Part shown: positions 19,913 to 29,274 of the stretch, piece after piece | How positions within the stretch are numbered: position 1 is the first letter of the stretch | Layout: each line of letters opens with the position of its first letter | Source: an uncultured Anaerolineae bacterium | Lineage (GTDB): Bacteria > Chloroflexota > Anaerolineae > JAFGEY01 | DNA: 62,111 bases | Direction: 5' to 3' | Assembly (NCBI GenBank): GCA_964560475.1 | Contig: CAZLMZ010000002.1 | Coordinates: 1 to 62,111, forward strand | Made by a program: the position numbers and the translations under genes | The notes under the pieces: generated by a model | Database searches by the model: none | What the model saw: the letters and a program-made list of their open reading frames with translations, nothing else | Told to the model about the DNA's origin: nothing

Positions 19913-22376
19913 GCAGAGAAAGTATGTCCGGGTGCTAGGGTTGCCGGGCCTGGCAGTCGTCCTGCTGGCCGGAGCGACGCTCTATACCGTGTTGGCGCTG
20001 CTCCACAGACAGGGCAGACTGGCGCACGATTGGCACCGTGACCTCCTCGCCATTGGCGCGATCCTTGGATGCGTCATTGCGTTCTACTGGCCACTCCTGT
20101 TCACCGAGAGTTGGATCCCAAAGGGCGGCGGGGATCTCGCCTCCTTTATCTACCCTATCTATACCTTTGCGGCGCGATGGATCCGCCGCGGCATCGTGCC
20201 GTTGTGGAACCCACATCTCTACCTCGGCATGCCCTTCGTGGCCGACAACCAATCCGGACTCTTTTACCCGATCAACCTGCTCTTTTTCGCGCTCGTGCCA
20301 GAGCTGACCTACCAGGCCGTAGAGCTCATGTCGGTATTCCACGTGTTCCTGGCAGGCGTGCTGGCTTACCTGCTGTTGCGCGACCTGCCTTCACTTCGTG
20401 TAGCTGCAGAACGCGAGGCCATTGCCGGCGACACGACGCGCAAGGTAGGGCGCATCCCGGCAGCGGTGGGAGCGATCGCCTACATGCTCAGCGACCTGTT
20501 CGTCGTCCACCCGGGCAACCTGAACATCGTCGCCACCGCTGCGTGGCTGCCGCTCGCCTTGCTCTGCTTCAGGCGCGCGTTGGTGCACAAGAGCGCCGGG
20601 TGGTCGGTTGGGACAGGGATCGTCCTCGGTACAGCGGCGCTTGCCGGTCACGCGCAGATGACATTGTACGTAGGCCTCGCGATCAGCCTGCTCGCGGCCT
20701 ATGACGCAGCGATCCATGCTGGCGGGTGGCGCGCGCGCTTGCGCCCGATTGGCCAGCTCTTCCTGGCGAGCGCCGTTGGATTTGGCATCGCTGCCCTGGC
20801 GCTGATCCCGGCGCTCGACATGAACAAGTATACGGTGCGTGCCTCGATGAGCTACCCTGAGGCGGCTGCGTTCTCTATCCCTCCGGCCGGGCTGGTCGGC
20901 ATATTGGCGCCAGGGTTCTTTGGGCGCGGTACCGGAACCTTCTGGGGACCGTGGTCCCGCACAGAAGTGGGCTACGTGGGCGTGGTACCGCTGCTGTTGG
21001 CTTGTGTAGGCATAGTGCTCGGGTGGAAGCGTTCGCCAATGGCACGTTTCTGGGTCTTGCTCGGTACCTTTGGATTGCTGATGGCGCTGGGCCCGAACAC
21101 GATCGTGCACGGGTTGAGCTATGCCCTCGTCCCACTCTTCCGCCAGTTGCGCGTACCAGCACGTGCCATCTTTCTATTCGACCTGTCCATATCCATCCTG
21201 GCTGCGCAGGGCCTGGATCTGCTGCTTTGCCCCCTCCGCAGGAGCGAACGGCGTACGCTCCGCGCCTTGAGAGCGGGGGGACAATGGGTCGCCCTGGCGC
21301 TCGCGCTGTTCGCCCTTCCGGTTCTCGGGCATGCAGTGCTCGCGTCGCGCATGCAGGTGCCTGAGGACGTGTTTGCGCAGCAGATTGCGTCGTTGGCAAG
21401 TGTGATCGTGTTTCTGCTATTGCTAAGCGCAGGGGTCGTGATCCTTTTTATGCGCGAGCGGCGAGCTGTGCCCACAGGGATGCTGGGCATCATGACGGGG
21501 GCTGTGATTGCCCTCGACTTGATCAGCATGGGGGCTTACGTGGAGGTCGAGCCGAACGATCCATTGACCGGCTACCGGCACGAGGAGGCGATCGCGTACC
21601 TGAGCGCCGATCCAGAAGTATTTCGTGTAGAAGTAGCAGCCGAGGCCACAGGTCGTTGGGCACCGGACTGGGCGCTGCTCTACGAAATGGATGATCTGGG
21701 CGGCATCTGGAATCCCCTTCGCCTGGGCGCCTACGACGTGCTCACGTGGGTCGGTATCCAACGCACGGATCCGTTCTATGACCTGTACAATGTCAAGTAC
21801 TTGATTGCGAACCAGGATACTGCTGTTCCTGACTACTTTCAACTGGCGTTCGAACAGGGAGAAGATCTCATCTACCTCAACACGAGGTACCTGCCGCGGG
21901 CGTATATGGTGTATGACGTCGTCCGCGCGGGAGGGGATATCAGCGCACTGAACAAGGCGAGGGCTGAGGGGTTTGACCCACGCACTGAGATCGTTCTCAA
22001 GCAGGAGAGCACCACGGCGGCGCCGCAGAGTGCCTCCGGGGCACAAGAGGGTGAGGTGGTAGTGACGGATCGCGGCCCGAACGATTGGACTTTCCGCGTT
22101 TCGACGACTTCTGCAGGGTACCTCTTTGTCAGCGAGATGTGGATGCCGGGTTGGAGAGCCTACGTAGATGGGGAGGCACGGCCCGTCCTGCAGGCGAACT
22201 ATACCTTTCGAGCCGTGGCCGTTCCGGCAGGTGACCACCAGGTGAGAATGGTGTACCGGCCGCTCTCGTGGCAGCTCGGGCTTGTCGTCACGCTCATCAC
22301 CGTGGCAGCGCTCGCTGTCTGGGCGGGCTGCTCATCCTGGCAAGGGTGCAGGAAGGTAGGTCGGGGCACAAGGTAG
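19902..22376 (+). CDS. YfhO-family polytopic membrane glycosyltransferase-like protein
   Basis: 824 aa, many TM helices, early motif GGGDLASFIYPIY..LWNPHLYLGMPFVADNQSGLFYP. C-terminal region FVSEMWMPGWRAYVDG followed by a terminal TM. Confidence 0.7.
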   Translation: MAREQRKYVRVLGLPGLAVVLLAGATLYTVLALLHRQGRLAHDWHRDLLAIGAILGCVIAFYWPLLFTESWIPKGGGDLASFIYPIYTFAARWIRRGIVPLWNPHLYLGMPFVADNQSGLFYPINLLFFALVPELTYQAVELMSVFHVFLAGVLAYLLLRDLPSLRVAAEREAIAGDTTRKVGRIPAAVGAIAYMLSDLFVVHPGNLNIVATAAWLPLALLCFRRALVHKSAGWSVGTGIVLGTAALAGHAQMTLYVGLAISLLAAYDAAIHAGGWRARLRPIGQLFLASAVGFGIAALALIPALDMNKYTVRASMSYPEAAAFSIPPAGLVGILAPGFFGRGTGTFWGPWSRTEVGYVGVVPLLLACVGIVLGWKRSPMARFWVLLGTFGLLMALGPNTIVHGLSYALVPLFRQLRVPARAIFLFDLSISILAAQGLDLLLCPLRRSERRTLRALRAGGQWVALALALFALPVLGHAVLASRMQVPEDVFAQQIASLASVIVFLLLLSAGVVILFMRERRAVPTGMLGIMTGAVIALDLISMGAYVEVEPNDPLTGYRHEEAIAYLSADPEVFRVEVAAEATGRWAPDWALLYEMDDLGGIWNPLRLGAYDVLTWVGIQRTDPFYDLYNVKYLIANQDTAVPDYFQLAFEQGEDLIYLNTRYLPRAYMVYDVVRAGGDISALNKARAEGFDPRTEIVLKQESTTAAPQSASGAQEGEVVVTDRGPNDWTFRVSTTSAGYLFVSEMWMPGWRAYVDGEARPVLQANYTFRAVAVPAGDHQVRMVYRPLSWQLGLVVTLITVAALAVWAGCSSWQGCRKVGRGTR

Positions 22377-22393
22377 GGCGCTGGTAGAGCCTG

Positions 22394-22410
22394 ACCTGCC
22401 GGCGGCAGGT
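22394..22410. terminator. Short GC hairpin between convergent yfhO-like gene and arfB
   Basis: ACCTGCC-GGC-GGCAGGT. Confidence 0.4.
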
Positions 22411-22412
22411 AT

Positions 22413-22844
22413 CTACTCGTCGTCGCGCCTCACAGGGCGCCGCGATTTCTTGATTTGTGCGCGATGCCGCTTGTTTTCGAGCCGACGGCGTCGGGAGGTG
22501 GCTGTGGGCTTGGTCCTGCGGCGGCGCTTGGGTTTACGTGCCGCCTGGCGAATCAGCTCGACCAGGCGTGCGAGCGCGTCGCGACGGTTGCGTTCCTGGC
22601 TGCGGAAGCGCTGCGCATTCAGAATGAGGACGCCGTCCTGCGTCAGCCGGCTGCCTGCCAGATGTTCCAGTCTCTCCCGTACATCGGGGGGAAGCGAAGG
22701 CGACTGCCGCACGTCAAAGCGCAGTTGTACTGCCGTGGCTACCTTGTTGACGTTCTGTCCCCCGGGACCTGATGCCTGTACAAAGTCGTAGGCGATCTCG
22801 TTCTCGTCGATCGCGATCGTGTCTGTAACCTTGATCGCCGCCAT
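22413..22844 (-). CDS. arfB: Alternative ribosome-rescue factor ArfB (peptidyl-tRNA hydrolase, YaeJ family)
   Basis: GGQ motif GPGGQNVNKV and a highly basic C-terminal tail KPKRRRRTKP... Confidence 0.88.
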   Translation of the reverse strand: MAAIKVTDTIAIDENEIAYDFVQASGPGGQNVNKVATAVQLRFDVRQSPSLPPDVRERLEHLAGSRLTQDGVLILNAQRFRSQERNRRDALARLVELIRQAARKPKRRRRTKPTATSRRRRLENKRHRAQIKKSRRPVRRDDE

Positions 22845-22897
22845 CTCTACGTACTCCGAACATCGGCTGCAGGCCGCGGCCCGAGTACATCCACCAT

Positions 22898-23620
22898 CTA
22901 TTCGTCCCCGAGTATCTCGGGAGAGGCGGGTTTCATCCCCCGGACCAGCTTGTCGATGCCGCGCTTGAGCTCGGTGAACACGGTATGTACGCTGCGGTTA
23001 GCATCGACGAGATGGAAACCATACTCGCTCGACATCGCGTCGAACTGATCGAGGATCCGTGACTGGTACTCGACATAGCTGTCATAGTAGTCACGCTGTG
23101 GCAAGAAATCCATGCCGGCTTCCCAGTAGTTGAAACCGCGCGCGTTGAGCACGCGCGGAATCAGGTGATCGAGGCCCGCGCGCAGGTAAAAGACCTTGTC
23201 CGGCACGAGCGCAAAACCGTACACACTGCGGACCCACTTGCGGTTTACTCCCCTGACGAGCGCCCGCGCCAGGAGCGAGTAGATGTAGCGATCGGTCAAG
23301 ACGACGAATCCTGCTCGCAGTGCCGGGATGATCTCTCGCTCCAGGCGGTCCGCCAGGTCGGAAGCATAGAACAGGCAACTGGTCAGATCGCCAAGGTAGT
23401 GGCCCTCTTGGGCGAGCGAGATCCCCTTTCCTGCCAGGCCAGAGCGCTTGAGCCCGCTCGATGCGACCGCATAGCCGCTCGATTCGAGCCATTCGCGCAG
23501 CAGGGCCACCTGTGTCGATCGCCCTACGCCGTCTGTGCCCTCCAGGACGATCAGCTTGCCCGGCAGGTCGCCCTTATGGACGTTCGGAAGCCCGTGCCCA
23601 TAGAACGCGACCTTGGTCAT
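22898..23620 (-). CDS. Thymidylate-kinase-like protein with degenerate P-loop (GVGRS)
   Basis: LIVLEGTDGVGRSTQ (Arg where the Walker A Lys is expected) and DRYIYS. The ATG overlaps the stop of the upstream paralogue (ATGA at 23617..23620). The ORF N-terminal extension to 23695 is rejected. Confidence 0.7.
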   Translation of the reverse strand: MTKVAFYGHGLPNVHKGDLPGKLIVLEGTDGVGRSTQVALLREWLESSGYAVASSGLKRSGLAGKGISLAQEGHYLGDLTSCLFYASDLADRLEREIIPALRAGFVVLTDRYIYSLLARALVRGVNRKWVRSVYGFALVPDKVFYLRAGLDHLIPRVLNARGFNYWEAGMDFLPQRDYYDSYVEYQSRILDQFDAMSSEYGFHLVDANRSVHTVFTELKRGIDKLVRGMKPASPEILGDE

Positions 23621-24384
23621 TTCTGCCTCTGTTCTAGACCAATCTCGGGCAGGTAGCGCCCATAGAGCTGCTCCTTGCCCAGCACCTCGCGCCACGCGCT
23701 ACGTTCCGCCTTGAGCACGCCCTGAAGGTGAGGCGCGACGATCTCACGGACCATCTCTTGCTGCTCGGTCAGTGGTAGTGTGGCATCGATCACGGTCAGA
23801 CCGAACTCGTCGATCATCTTTTCGTATTCGGAGACGATCCGCTCCTGAAAAAGCTCAAAGCTGCGAAGCGGATCGCCGCTCAAGCCGAGATCGAGCCCCG
23901 CTTCATAGTACTTGAGCCTGGGCCTCCCACTCATGATGCGCCGGATCGATTCCTCGAGTGGTACACGGAAGTAGAGGGCAACCGTTGGTCGGGGGGCAAA
24001 GGCATAGTTGCCTCGAACCCAATCGGGATTCACGCCGCGAGCGATGTCGCGCGCAAAGGCCGTATAGATGTAGCGGTCGGCGAGCACGATCGCCCCGGCC
24101 TTGAGTGCGGGGAGCATTTGTCTCTCCACGCGGTCCGCGAGATCGGCAGCGTGGATCAGGCTGAAGGTGGTCGGTGAGAGCAGTTTTTTCTTTTTGCCAC
24201 GGCGGGTCGTGGAACCAACGATGGGAGAAGAGTTCCACTCGCTGAAGGCGACACAGTATCCTTCGCCAACCAGCCACTTGCGAAGCAGGTCAAGTTGTGT
24301 GCTCTTGCCCGAGCCATCGATGCCCTCAACAACAAGGAGCTTCCCCGGCAGTTTTCGTCCCGTTGGCAGCTTTGCCATGTTCAC
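23617..24384 (-). CDS. Thymidylate-kinase-like protein (canonical P-loop)
   Basis: LLVVEGIDGSGKSTQ and LADRYIYTAF. About 255 aa, longer than a typical ~210-aa Tmk. Confidence 0.75.
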   Translation of the reverse strand: MNMAKLPTGRKLPGKLLVVEGIDGSGKSTQLDLLRKWLVGEGYCVAFSEWNSSPIVGSTTRRGKKKKLLSPTTFSLIHAADLADRVERQMLPALKAGAIVLADRYIYTAFARDIARGVNPDWVRGNYAFAPRPTVALYFRVPLEESIRRIMSGRPRLKYYEAGLDLGLSGDPLRSFELFQERIVSEYEKMIDEFGLTVIDATLPLTEQQEMVREIVAPHLQGVLKAERSAWREVLGKEQLYGRYLPEIGLEQRQK

Positions 24385-24526
24385 CTCGCACGGAGTCGAG
24401 CACGCTGATTGGGATCAACCAACCATGTCGCCCGCATCGCGCTTCCCGGCGTGCCTCCTGGGTGAGGCATCGTAGCGGACAAACGACGCCGACGGCGCGC
24501 ATCCTGGGGCGAGTGATGGTAACCAC

Positions 24527-24555
24527 AATGTACTGTAGAACGGTCCCAATGTCAA
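24527..24555 (-). promoter_or_regulatory. Promoter for the Tmk-like gene pair (TTGACA-17-TACATT)
   Basis: Minus strand reads TTGACAttgggaccgttctacagTACATT. Predicts a ~135-nt leader to ATG 24384. Confidence 0.55.
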
Positions 24556-24604
24556 GTCGAGTCCCTGGTTAGTTCAACGATGTCGCACGATACTGCCATG
24601 TTGA

Positions 24605-24633
24605 TTGGACATGCAAGTGGAAGCGCATATAAT
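24605..24633 (+). promoter_or_regulatory. Promoter for trkH-trkA (TTGGAC-17-TATAAT)
   Basis: ttggacatgcaagtggaagcgcatataat. ATG 24647 lies only ~14 nt after the -10 box, so the mRNA is near-leaderless. Confidence 0.55.
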
Positions 24634-24646
24634 TAGGACACACACT

Positions 24647-26068
24647 ATGCGCAAACGCGACGCAACGATTATCATACGGCTCGTCGCCGATGTCCTGCAG
24701 GCGTATGGATTCTACCTGCTGGTTCCACTTACCGTCGCATTGGTCGCGGCAGAGTCCAGCCAGGCGACCGCCTTTGGCATCGAGGCCGTTGTGCTTCTTC
24801 CGGCCTCGTGGCTCATACAGCGCCGAACGACCTCTGAGGGCGTGCAGAAGCGTCACGCAGCGATGGCTCTTGCGTTGATATGGATAGCGGTATCGCTGTT
24901 GTCCGCGGTGCCGTTCCTTGCGCACCGTATGGGCGTGGTCGATGCCTTGTTTGAGTCTTTCTCAGGATGGACGGACACTGGCCTCTCGATGGTCCCAGAA
25001 CCGCAAGCACTGCCGCTTTCCCTGGGGATCTTTCGCGTCCTGATGCAGTGGGCAAGCGGCCTGGGGATCGTGATCCTGATGCTCTTTCTCTATGGCCCTT
25101 CCTCTCGCGCTGCCCAGAGCCTCTTTCAGGCAGAGGGGCGGTTTGAGGACTTTACTGCCAATGTCTGGAGACTGGGTCGCACGATCATCCTGATCTATGT
25201 GGGCTATACCGTGGCAGGTTTCCTTGCGCTGTGGGCGTCTGGGCTCCCACCTTTCGACGCGTTCATGCAAGCGATCACGTTCCTGTCGACGGGCGGGTTC
25301 TCTACGAACAGCGTTGGTGTGGGGTGGTATGGTGTGCTTCCGTCGGTAGCAGCGATGGTGCTAATGCTGTTTGGCGGAATCAGCTTTAGCAGTCATCAGG
25401 CGTTGTTGAGCGGTGATGTGCGCAAGTTCTTCCGCAACCCAGAGGTACGTGCACTGCTCGTCATCGTCCCGGTCGTGTCTGGCCTCCTGGTTCTGGAGCA
25501 GTGGCTCACCGAGGGATCTGTGGCAGGCGGGGCACTGCCCAGTGTGTTCTACACGATCTCTGCCATCTCGACGTGCGGCGCCGGCACGACGCTATCACTA
25601 AGCCAGGCGCCCGACGTCTGGGTGTTTACCCTCATGTTCCTGATGATCAGTGGCGCGGCGTACGGCTCAACTACGGGTGCGCTGAAACTATGGCGCCTGA
25701 TGATCATCGGCCAGGTCATTGGACGTGAGATCAGGCGGCCGTTCTACCCAGCACAAGCAGTGCTGCCGATCATGATGGGCAATAATCGAATCCACGGGCG
25801 GACGGTGATCGAAGTCACGGCGTATGCCCTGCTCTACCTGGCCCTGGGACTAGCTGGTAGCCTGACCTTCATGCTGTTTGGGCATCGTACGCTGCATGCG
25901 CTCTTTACCGTGTTCTCTGCCCAGGGAAACGTCGGCCTGAATGTGATACCCGAAGCATCGTTCTATGGTATGCACCCGTTGCTCAAGCTGCAGCTTATCG
26001 GTCACATGCTCATCGGGCGGATGGAGATTTTCCCGCTGCTATACCTGATCCGGGGACTGCGAGAGTAG
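24647..26068 (+). CDS. trkH: TrkH/KtrB-family K+ transporter membrane subunit
   Basis: Polytopic protein with repeated pore-loop-like segments (WTDTGLS, STGGFST, STCGAGT, AQGNVGL). Start taken at ATG 24647, only ~7 nt downstream of the predicted TSS. Confidence 0.8.
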   Translation: MRKRDATIIIRLVADVLQAYGFYLLVPLTVALVAAESSQATAFGIEAVVLLPASWLIQRRTTSEGVQKRHAAMALALIWIAVSLLSAVPFLAHRMGVVDALFESFSGWTDTGLSMVPEPQALPLSLGIFRVLMQWASGLGIVILMLFLYGPSSRAAQSLFQAEGRFEDFTANVWRLGRTIILIYVGYTVAGFLALWASGLPPFDAFMQAITFLSTGGFSTNSVGVGWYGVLPSVAAMVLMLFGGISFSSHQALLSGDVRKFFRNPEVRALLVIVPVVSGLLVLEQWLTEGSVAGGALPSVFYTISAISTCGAGTTLSLSQAPDVWVFTLMFLMISGAAYGSTTGALKLWRLMIIGQVIGREIRRPFYPAQAVLPIMMGNNRIHGRTVIEVTAYALLYLALGLAGSLTFMLFGHRTLHALFTVFSAQGNVGLNVIPEASFYGMHPLLKLQLIGHMLIGRMEIFPLLYLIRGLRE

Positions 26069-26079
26069 GAGGGACGGCT

Positions 26080-26763
26080 ATGAACGCCGTAATCGCCGGT
26101 TACAGTGCCTTCTCTTGGGAGCTTGCCGAACTGCTCAAGAAGGAAGTAGACGGGCGGTTGTATTTCGTGCTATCGGATCCGGAGCAAGCCATGGAAGCCA
26201 GCCTGGGCGGAGACATTATCGCGATTGAGGGCGATCTTACGGATACGGGCATTCTTGACCAACTGGACTTGGACCGCTGTCACACGTTTGTCGCCGGGTC
26301 ACGCGAGACGGAGGCCAACGTACTGAGTGCGCTGTATGCCAAGACCAAGGGAGCACAGCACGTGTACGCTCGTGTGTTTGAGGCCAAGTTCATGCCTCTG
26401 CTTGACTCGCTGGGGATTATCCCGATCCAGACATCGCATACGGCAGCGGCTTTTGTTGCACTGCGCGTGCGCAAACCTGCGGTATCAGAGCTCGTGAGCT
26501 TGCCTCGGGGCCGGTTCGAGCTAGACGAGCTCGACGTGCGCGAGTTCCCAGAGCTCGTCGGACTGAGGCTGGGTAATCTGCAGGGCGAGCACCTGCACAT
26601 CATCGCGATCGCGCAGGGCGGCCAGACGCTTCTGAGCTATGGCGCCGTTGTGGAGCGGGACGCCAAGTTGATCCTGATCTACGACCATGCGATCAAGCGA
26701 CAGCTCCGGCAGGAGATACGCAAGGTCGCCGCGCAGGCGGTAGAGCACACCAGAACAGGCTGA
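26080..26763 (+). CDS. trkA: TrkA/KtrA-like regulatory subunit (RCK N and C domains)
   Basis: Immediately follows trkH. Has the RCK_C-like segment ELDELDVREFPELVGLRLGNL. The usual GxGxxG is degenerate (VIAGYSAFS). Confidence 0.65.
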   Translation: MNAVIAGYSAFSWELAELLKKEVDGRLYFVLSDPEQAMEASLGGDIIAIEGDLTDTGILDQLDLDRCHTFVAGSRETEANVLSALYAKTKGAQHVYARVFEAKFMPLLDSLGIIPIQTSHTAAAFVALRVRKPAVSELVSLPRGRFELDELDVREFPELVGLRLGNLQGEHLHIIAIAQGGQTLLSYGAVVERDAKLILIYDHAIKRQLRQEIRKVAAQAVEHTRTG

Positions 26764-26787
26764 AGATACGGCTGAGGGAGCGCGAGA

Positions 26788-26817
26788 AGAGAGCACAGGC
26801 CTGCGCCTGTACCCTCT
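26788..26817. terminator. Imperfect hairpin between convergent trkA and TIM-barrel gene
   Basis: AGAGAGCACAGGC-CTGC-GCCTGTACCCTCT, 13-nt arms with two mismatches. Confidence 0.35.
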
Positions 26818-26835
26818 TCCCGGTGGGCTGCCCAG

Positions 26836-27654
26836 TCACTCGTATGCGATGTCCAGATCGTCCAGGATCGCGCACAGGGCATTGCGTGCCACGGCAAAGA
26901 GCTCCGGCCCGCTGAAACCAGACGAGTGACCTGCTACTCGAAGGTGCGGCTCCAGCGAAAGGTAGCCGTCGTACGACATCTCTTGTGCCGCCGCCATCAA
27001 CTCCCGAACCTGTCCATTCCCCTTTCCTGCAGGGACCACGTGCCCATCTGCCATGACCGCGTCCTTGATGTGGAAATAGGCAATGTAGGGTTTGAGCAGG
27101 GGGAAGGCTTCATCGTAAGGCTTGACGCCAGCTTGAACAAAGTTCGCGGGGTCGAACGTAGCACGGAAGCTGTCCCCCTGAACGGTCTCGTGCAGATCCA
27201 GGCAGCGGTCCGGCTGCTCACCATAGATCCCCTTTTCGTTCTCGTGGAGCATCACGACGCCACCCGCTGCCGCCATGTCCACCATGGCCTGCATACGACG
27301 CATCACCTCGTCGCGGTCTGCGTCGCGGTCCTCGCAGTAGAAGGAGAACATGCGGATGTACGGTGACTCGAGCTGGTTCGCCACATCGATCGCTCGCTGT
27401 ACCCGCGAGCGGTACGCTTGAAAGTCCGACTGAATGTCTACCTTGCCGATTGGCGAGCCGATGGCCGAGACGCCGATCCCGCGCTGGCGGAGCTCGGACT
27501 GAACTTTGCCCAGCTCCTCGTCATCCAGGTCGAGCACGTTCTTACCCCATACACCACGCAGTTCTAGAAAGCGGATCTGCAGTTCATCCAGCGTGTCGAG
27601 CTGAACCTCGAGATCGGGAGAGATCTCGTCAGCGAATCCAGACAACTTGACCAT
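26836..27654 (-). CDS. Xylose-isomerase-like TIM-barrel protein (sugar phosphate isomerase/epimerase family)
   Basis: Start at MVKLSGFADEIS (ATG 27654 after GGAGGA). Conserved HENE-like (VMLHENEKG) and FDPANF motifs. Confidence 0.75.
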   Translation of the reverse strand: MVKLSGFADEISPDLEVQLDTLDELQIRFLELRGVWGKNVLDLDDEELGKVQSELRQRGIGVSAIGSPIGKVDIQSDFQAYRSRVQRAIDVANQLESPYIRMFSFYCEDRDADRDEVMRRMQAMVDMAAAGGVVMLHENEKGIYGEQPDRCLDLHETVQGDSFRATFDPANFVQAGVKPYDEAFPLLKPYIAYFHIKDAVMADGHVVPAGKGNGQVRELMAAAQEMSYDGYLSLEPHLRVAGHSSGFSGPELFAVARNALCAILDDLDIAYE

Positions 27655-27671
27655 GCTTCCTCCGTATCTCC

Positions 27672-28397
27672 TCAACTGTATTGCACGCGTCCCAGGCCAA
27701 GCAGGGCCAGTACTCGCTCCACCGTCAGGAGCAGCAAGGCAAAGAGTAGATCGACGGCGACTGTCGCAGCAAAAGCATAGCTGAGCAAGCTCGCCGTACC
27801 GGCTGCCCAGCGGGCGATCGTCGCGAATACACCTTCCAGCAGGCCCGAGAAATAGAGCGCCGCGCCGATGAAACCCACGAACGCGAGTGCTACGCCCCAC
27901 GAGCTGCGGTCTGCTGCGCTAGGCAGCATGGCATTGCCGATCGCGAGGAGCAGGTATACCCACAGCCAAAAGTCGGGCGTGCGATATGCGAGCCGGACCT
28001 GGCGCCAGAGGCCCGGGCTGCCGAACAGGGGGAGCGACTCGACATTGGCGATGTGCCGGCCAATGAGCAAGGTGATGCCACACCCAGCGATCAGTGGCGC
28101 CAGGCCGATCAGGCTGGAGCGGAGCGCATCGGTGTCGGCAATGTCTACCGAGCCCAGCGACACCTGACCGCTTTTGCCCTTGGAGCGAAGGCCGATCGAG
28201 AAGCGCCGCACGGGAACCCACAAGAGCAATGCAGCGACGGCATGGCTCAACTCGTGTACGAGGACCCCGGGCAAGATGACCAGGAAGTACAGCACGAGGG
28301 CAACGCGGCCATCGCCTGACAGCAGGTATCCCAGGCCCTGTATGTGGCGCGTGATCCACTTTGAGAGCAGCAGTAACGCCGCAAAGAGGACCACCAT
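27672..28397 (-). CDS. Polytopic membrane protein with HExxH motif (putative intramembrane zinc peptidase-like)
   Basis: VLVHELSHAV lies within a TM helix. Six or more hydrophobic helices. No further motif recognised. Confidence 0.45.
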   Translation of the reverse strand: MVVLFAALLLLSKWITRHIQGLGYLLSGDGRVALVLYFLVILPGVLVHELSHAVAALLLWVPVRRFSIGLRSKGKSGQVSLGSVDIADTDALRSSLIGLAPLIAGCGITLLIGRHIANVESLPLFGSPGLWRQVRLAYRTPDFWLWVYLLLAIGNAMLPSAADRSSWGVALAFVGFIGAALYFSGLLEGVFATIARWAAGTASLLSYAFAATVAVDLLFALLLLTVERVLALLGLGRVQYS

Positions 28398-28437
28398 ATA
28401 GAGGTAGGCCAGCCGTTTCCTCCTTGCCTACGTGTAC

Positions 28438-29205
28438 TCAGGCCTTGCTCTGCTGAGTCAGGCGGACGATCTCGGCAAAGTCGTCCGCGTTGAGGCTCGC
28501 TCCTCCGACGAGGCCACCGTCGATATCGGGCATGCTCATCAACTCTGCGGCGTTACCGGGCTTGACACTGCCACCGTACTGGATGCGAACCGCCTCGGAC
28601 ACCCTTGTGTCGTATAGCTCGGCGATTGCAGGCCGGATGACGTCGCCAATGACCTCCTGGGCGTCCTGGCTGGTTGCTGGCACGCCGGTACCAATCGCCC
28701 AGATAGGCTCGTAGGCAACGATCATGCCCGCTACCTGGGTTGCGCTGAGACCTTCCAGCGCGGCGACGACCTGCTTCCGAACCCAGGGGGCCGTCTCGCC
28801 CGCTTTGCGAAGCTGCAGCGTCTCACCGACGCAGACGATGGGGATCAGGTCGTGCGCAAGCGCAGCCTTGATCTTTTTGTTCACCATCTGGTCGGTCTCG
28901 TCAAAGTAGCCGCGACGTTCCGAGTGCCCGATAATGACGTACTGGCAGAGCCCCTGCAGCATGCGAGGAGAGATCTCACCCGTGTAGGCGCCCTCCTCCT
29001 CAAAGTATACGTTCTGTGCGCCGAGACCAATCTCAGCATCGCCGATCGCCTGCTTGACTGCCGAGAGGCAGACTGCCGTCGGGCAGACGACCTTGTCGAC
29101 GGCATCGATCTCTGCGAGCGATCCCTTGAGCGCGTTGACGAGTGCAACCGCTTCCGGGATGGTCTTGTGCATCTTCCAGTTGCCGGCAATAATGGGCGTA
29201 CGCAT
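28438..29205 (-). CDS. tpiA: Triosephosphate isomerase
   Basis: IIAGNWKMHK, IIGHSERR, AYEPIWAIGTG and YGGSVKP motifs. Confidence 0.95.
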   Translation of the reverse strand: MRTPIIAGNWKMHKTIPEAVALVNALKGSLAEIDAVDKVVCPTAVCLSAVKQAIGDAEIGLGAQNVYFEEEGAYTGEISPRMLQGLCQYVIIGHSERRGYFDETDQMVNKKIKAALAHDLIPIVCVGETLQLRKAGETAPWVRKQVVAALEGLSATQVAGMIVAYEPIWAIGTGVPATSQDAQEVIGDVIRPAIAELYDTRVSEAVRIQYGGSVKPGNAAELMSMPDIDGGLVGGASLNADDFAEIVRLTQQSKA

Positions 29206-29274
29206 GTGCTTTGTCTCCTTGTTGATACTTTGCGATCTGCTCGTTCACGATGATTACCCGCAGGAGGTCCGGTG

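Noticed and set aside
3128-24384. thyX + dCMP deaminase + two Tmk-like genes as one thymidine or hypermodified-base pathway island
   Set aside because: The two loci are about 19 kb apart and separated by unrelated housekeeping genes (ftsH, gatB, xseAB). There are no phage, glycosyltransferase-on-DNA or hydroxymethylase genes. They are treated as separate observations.
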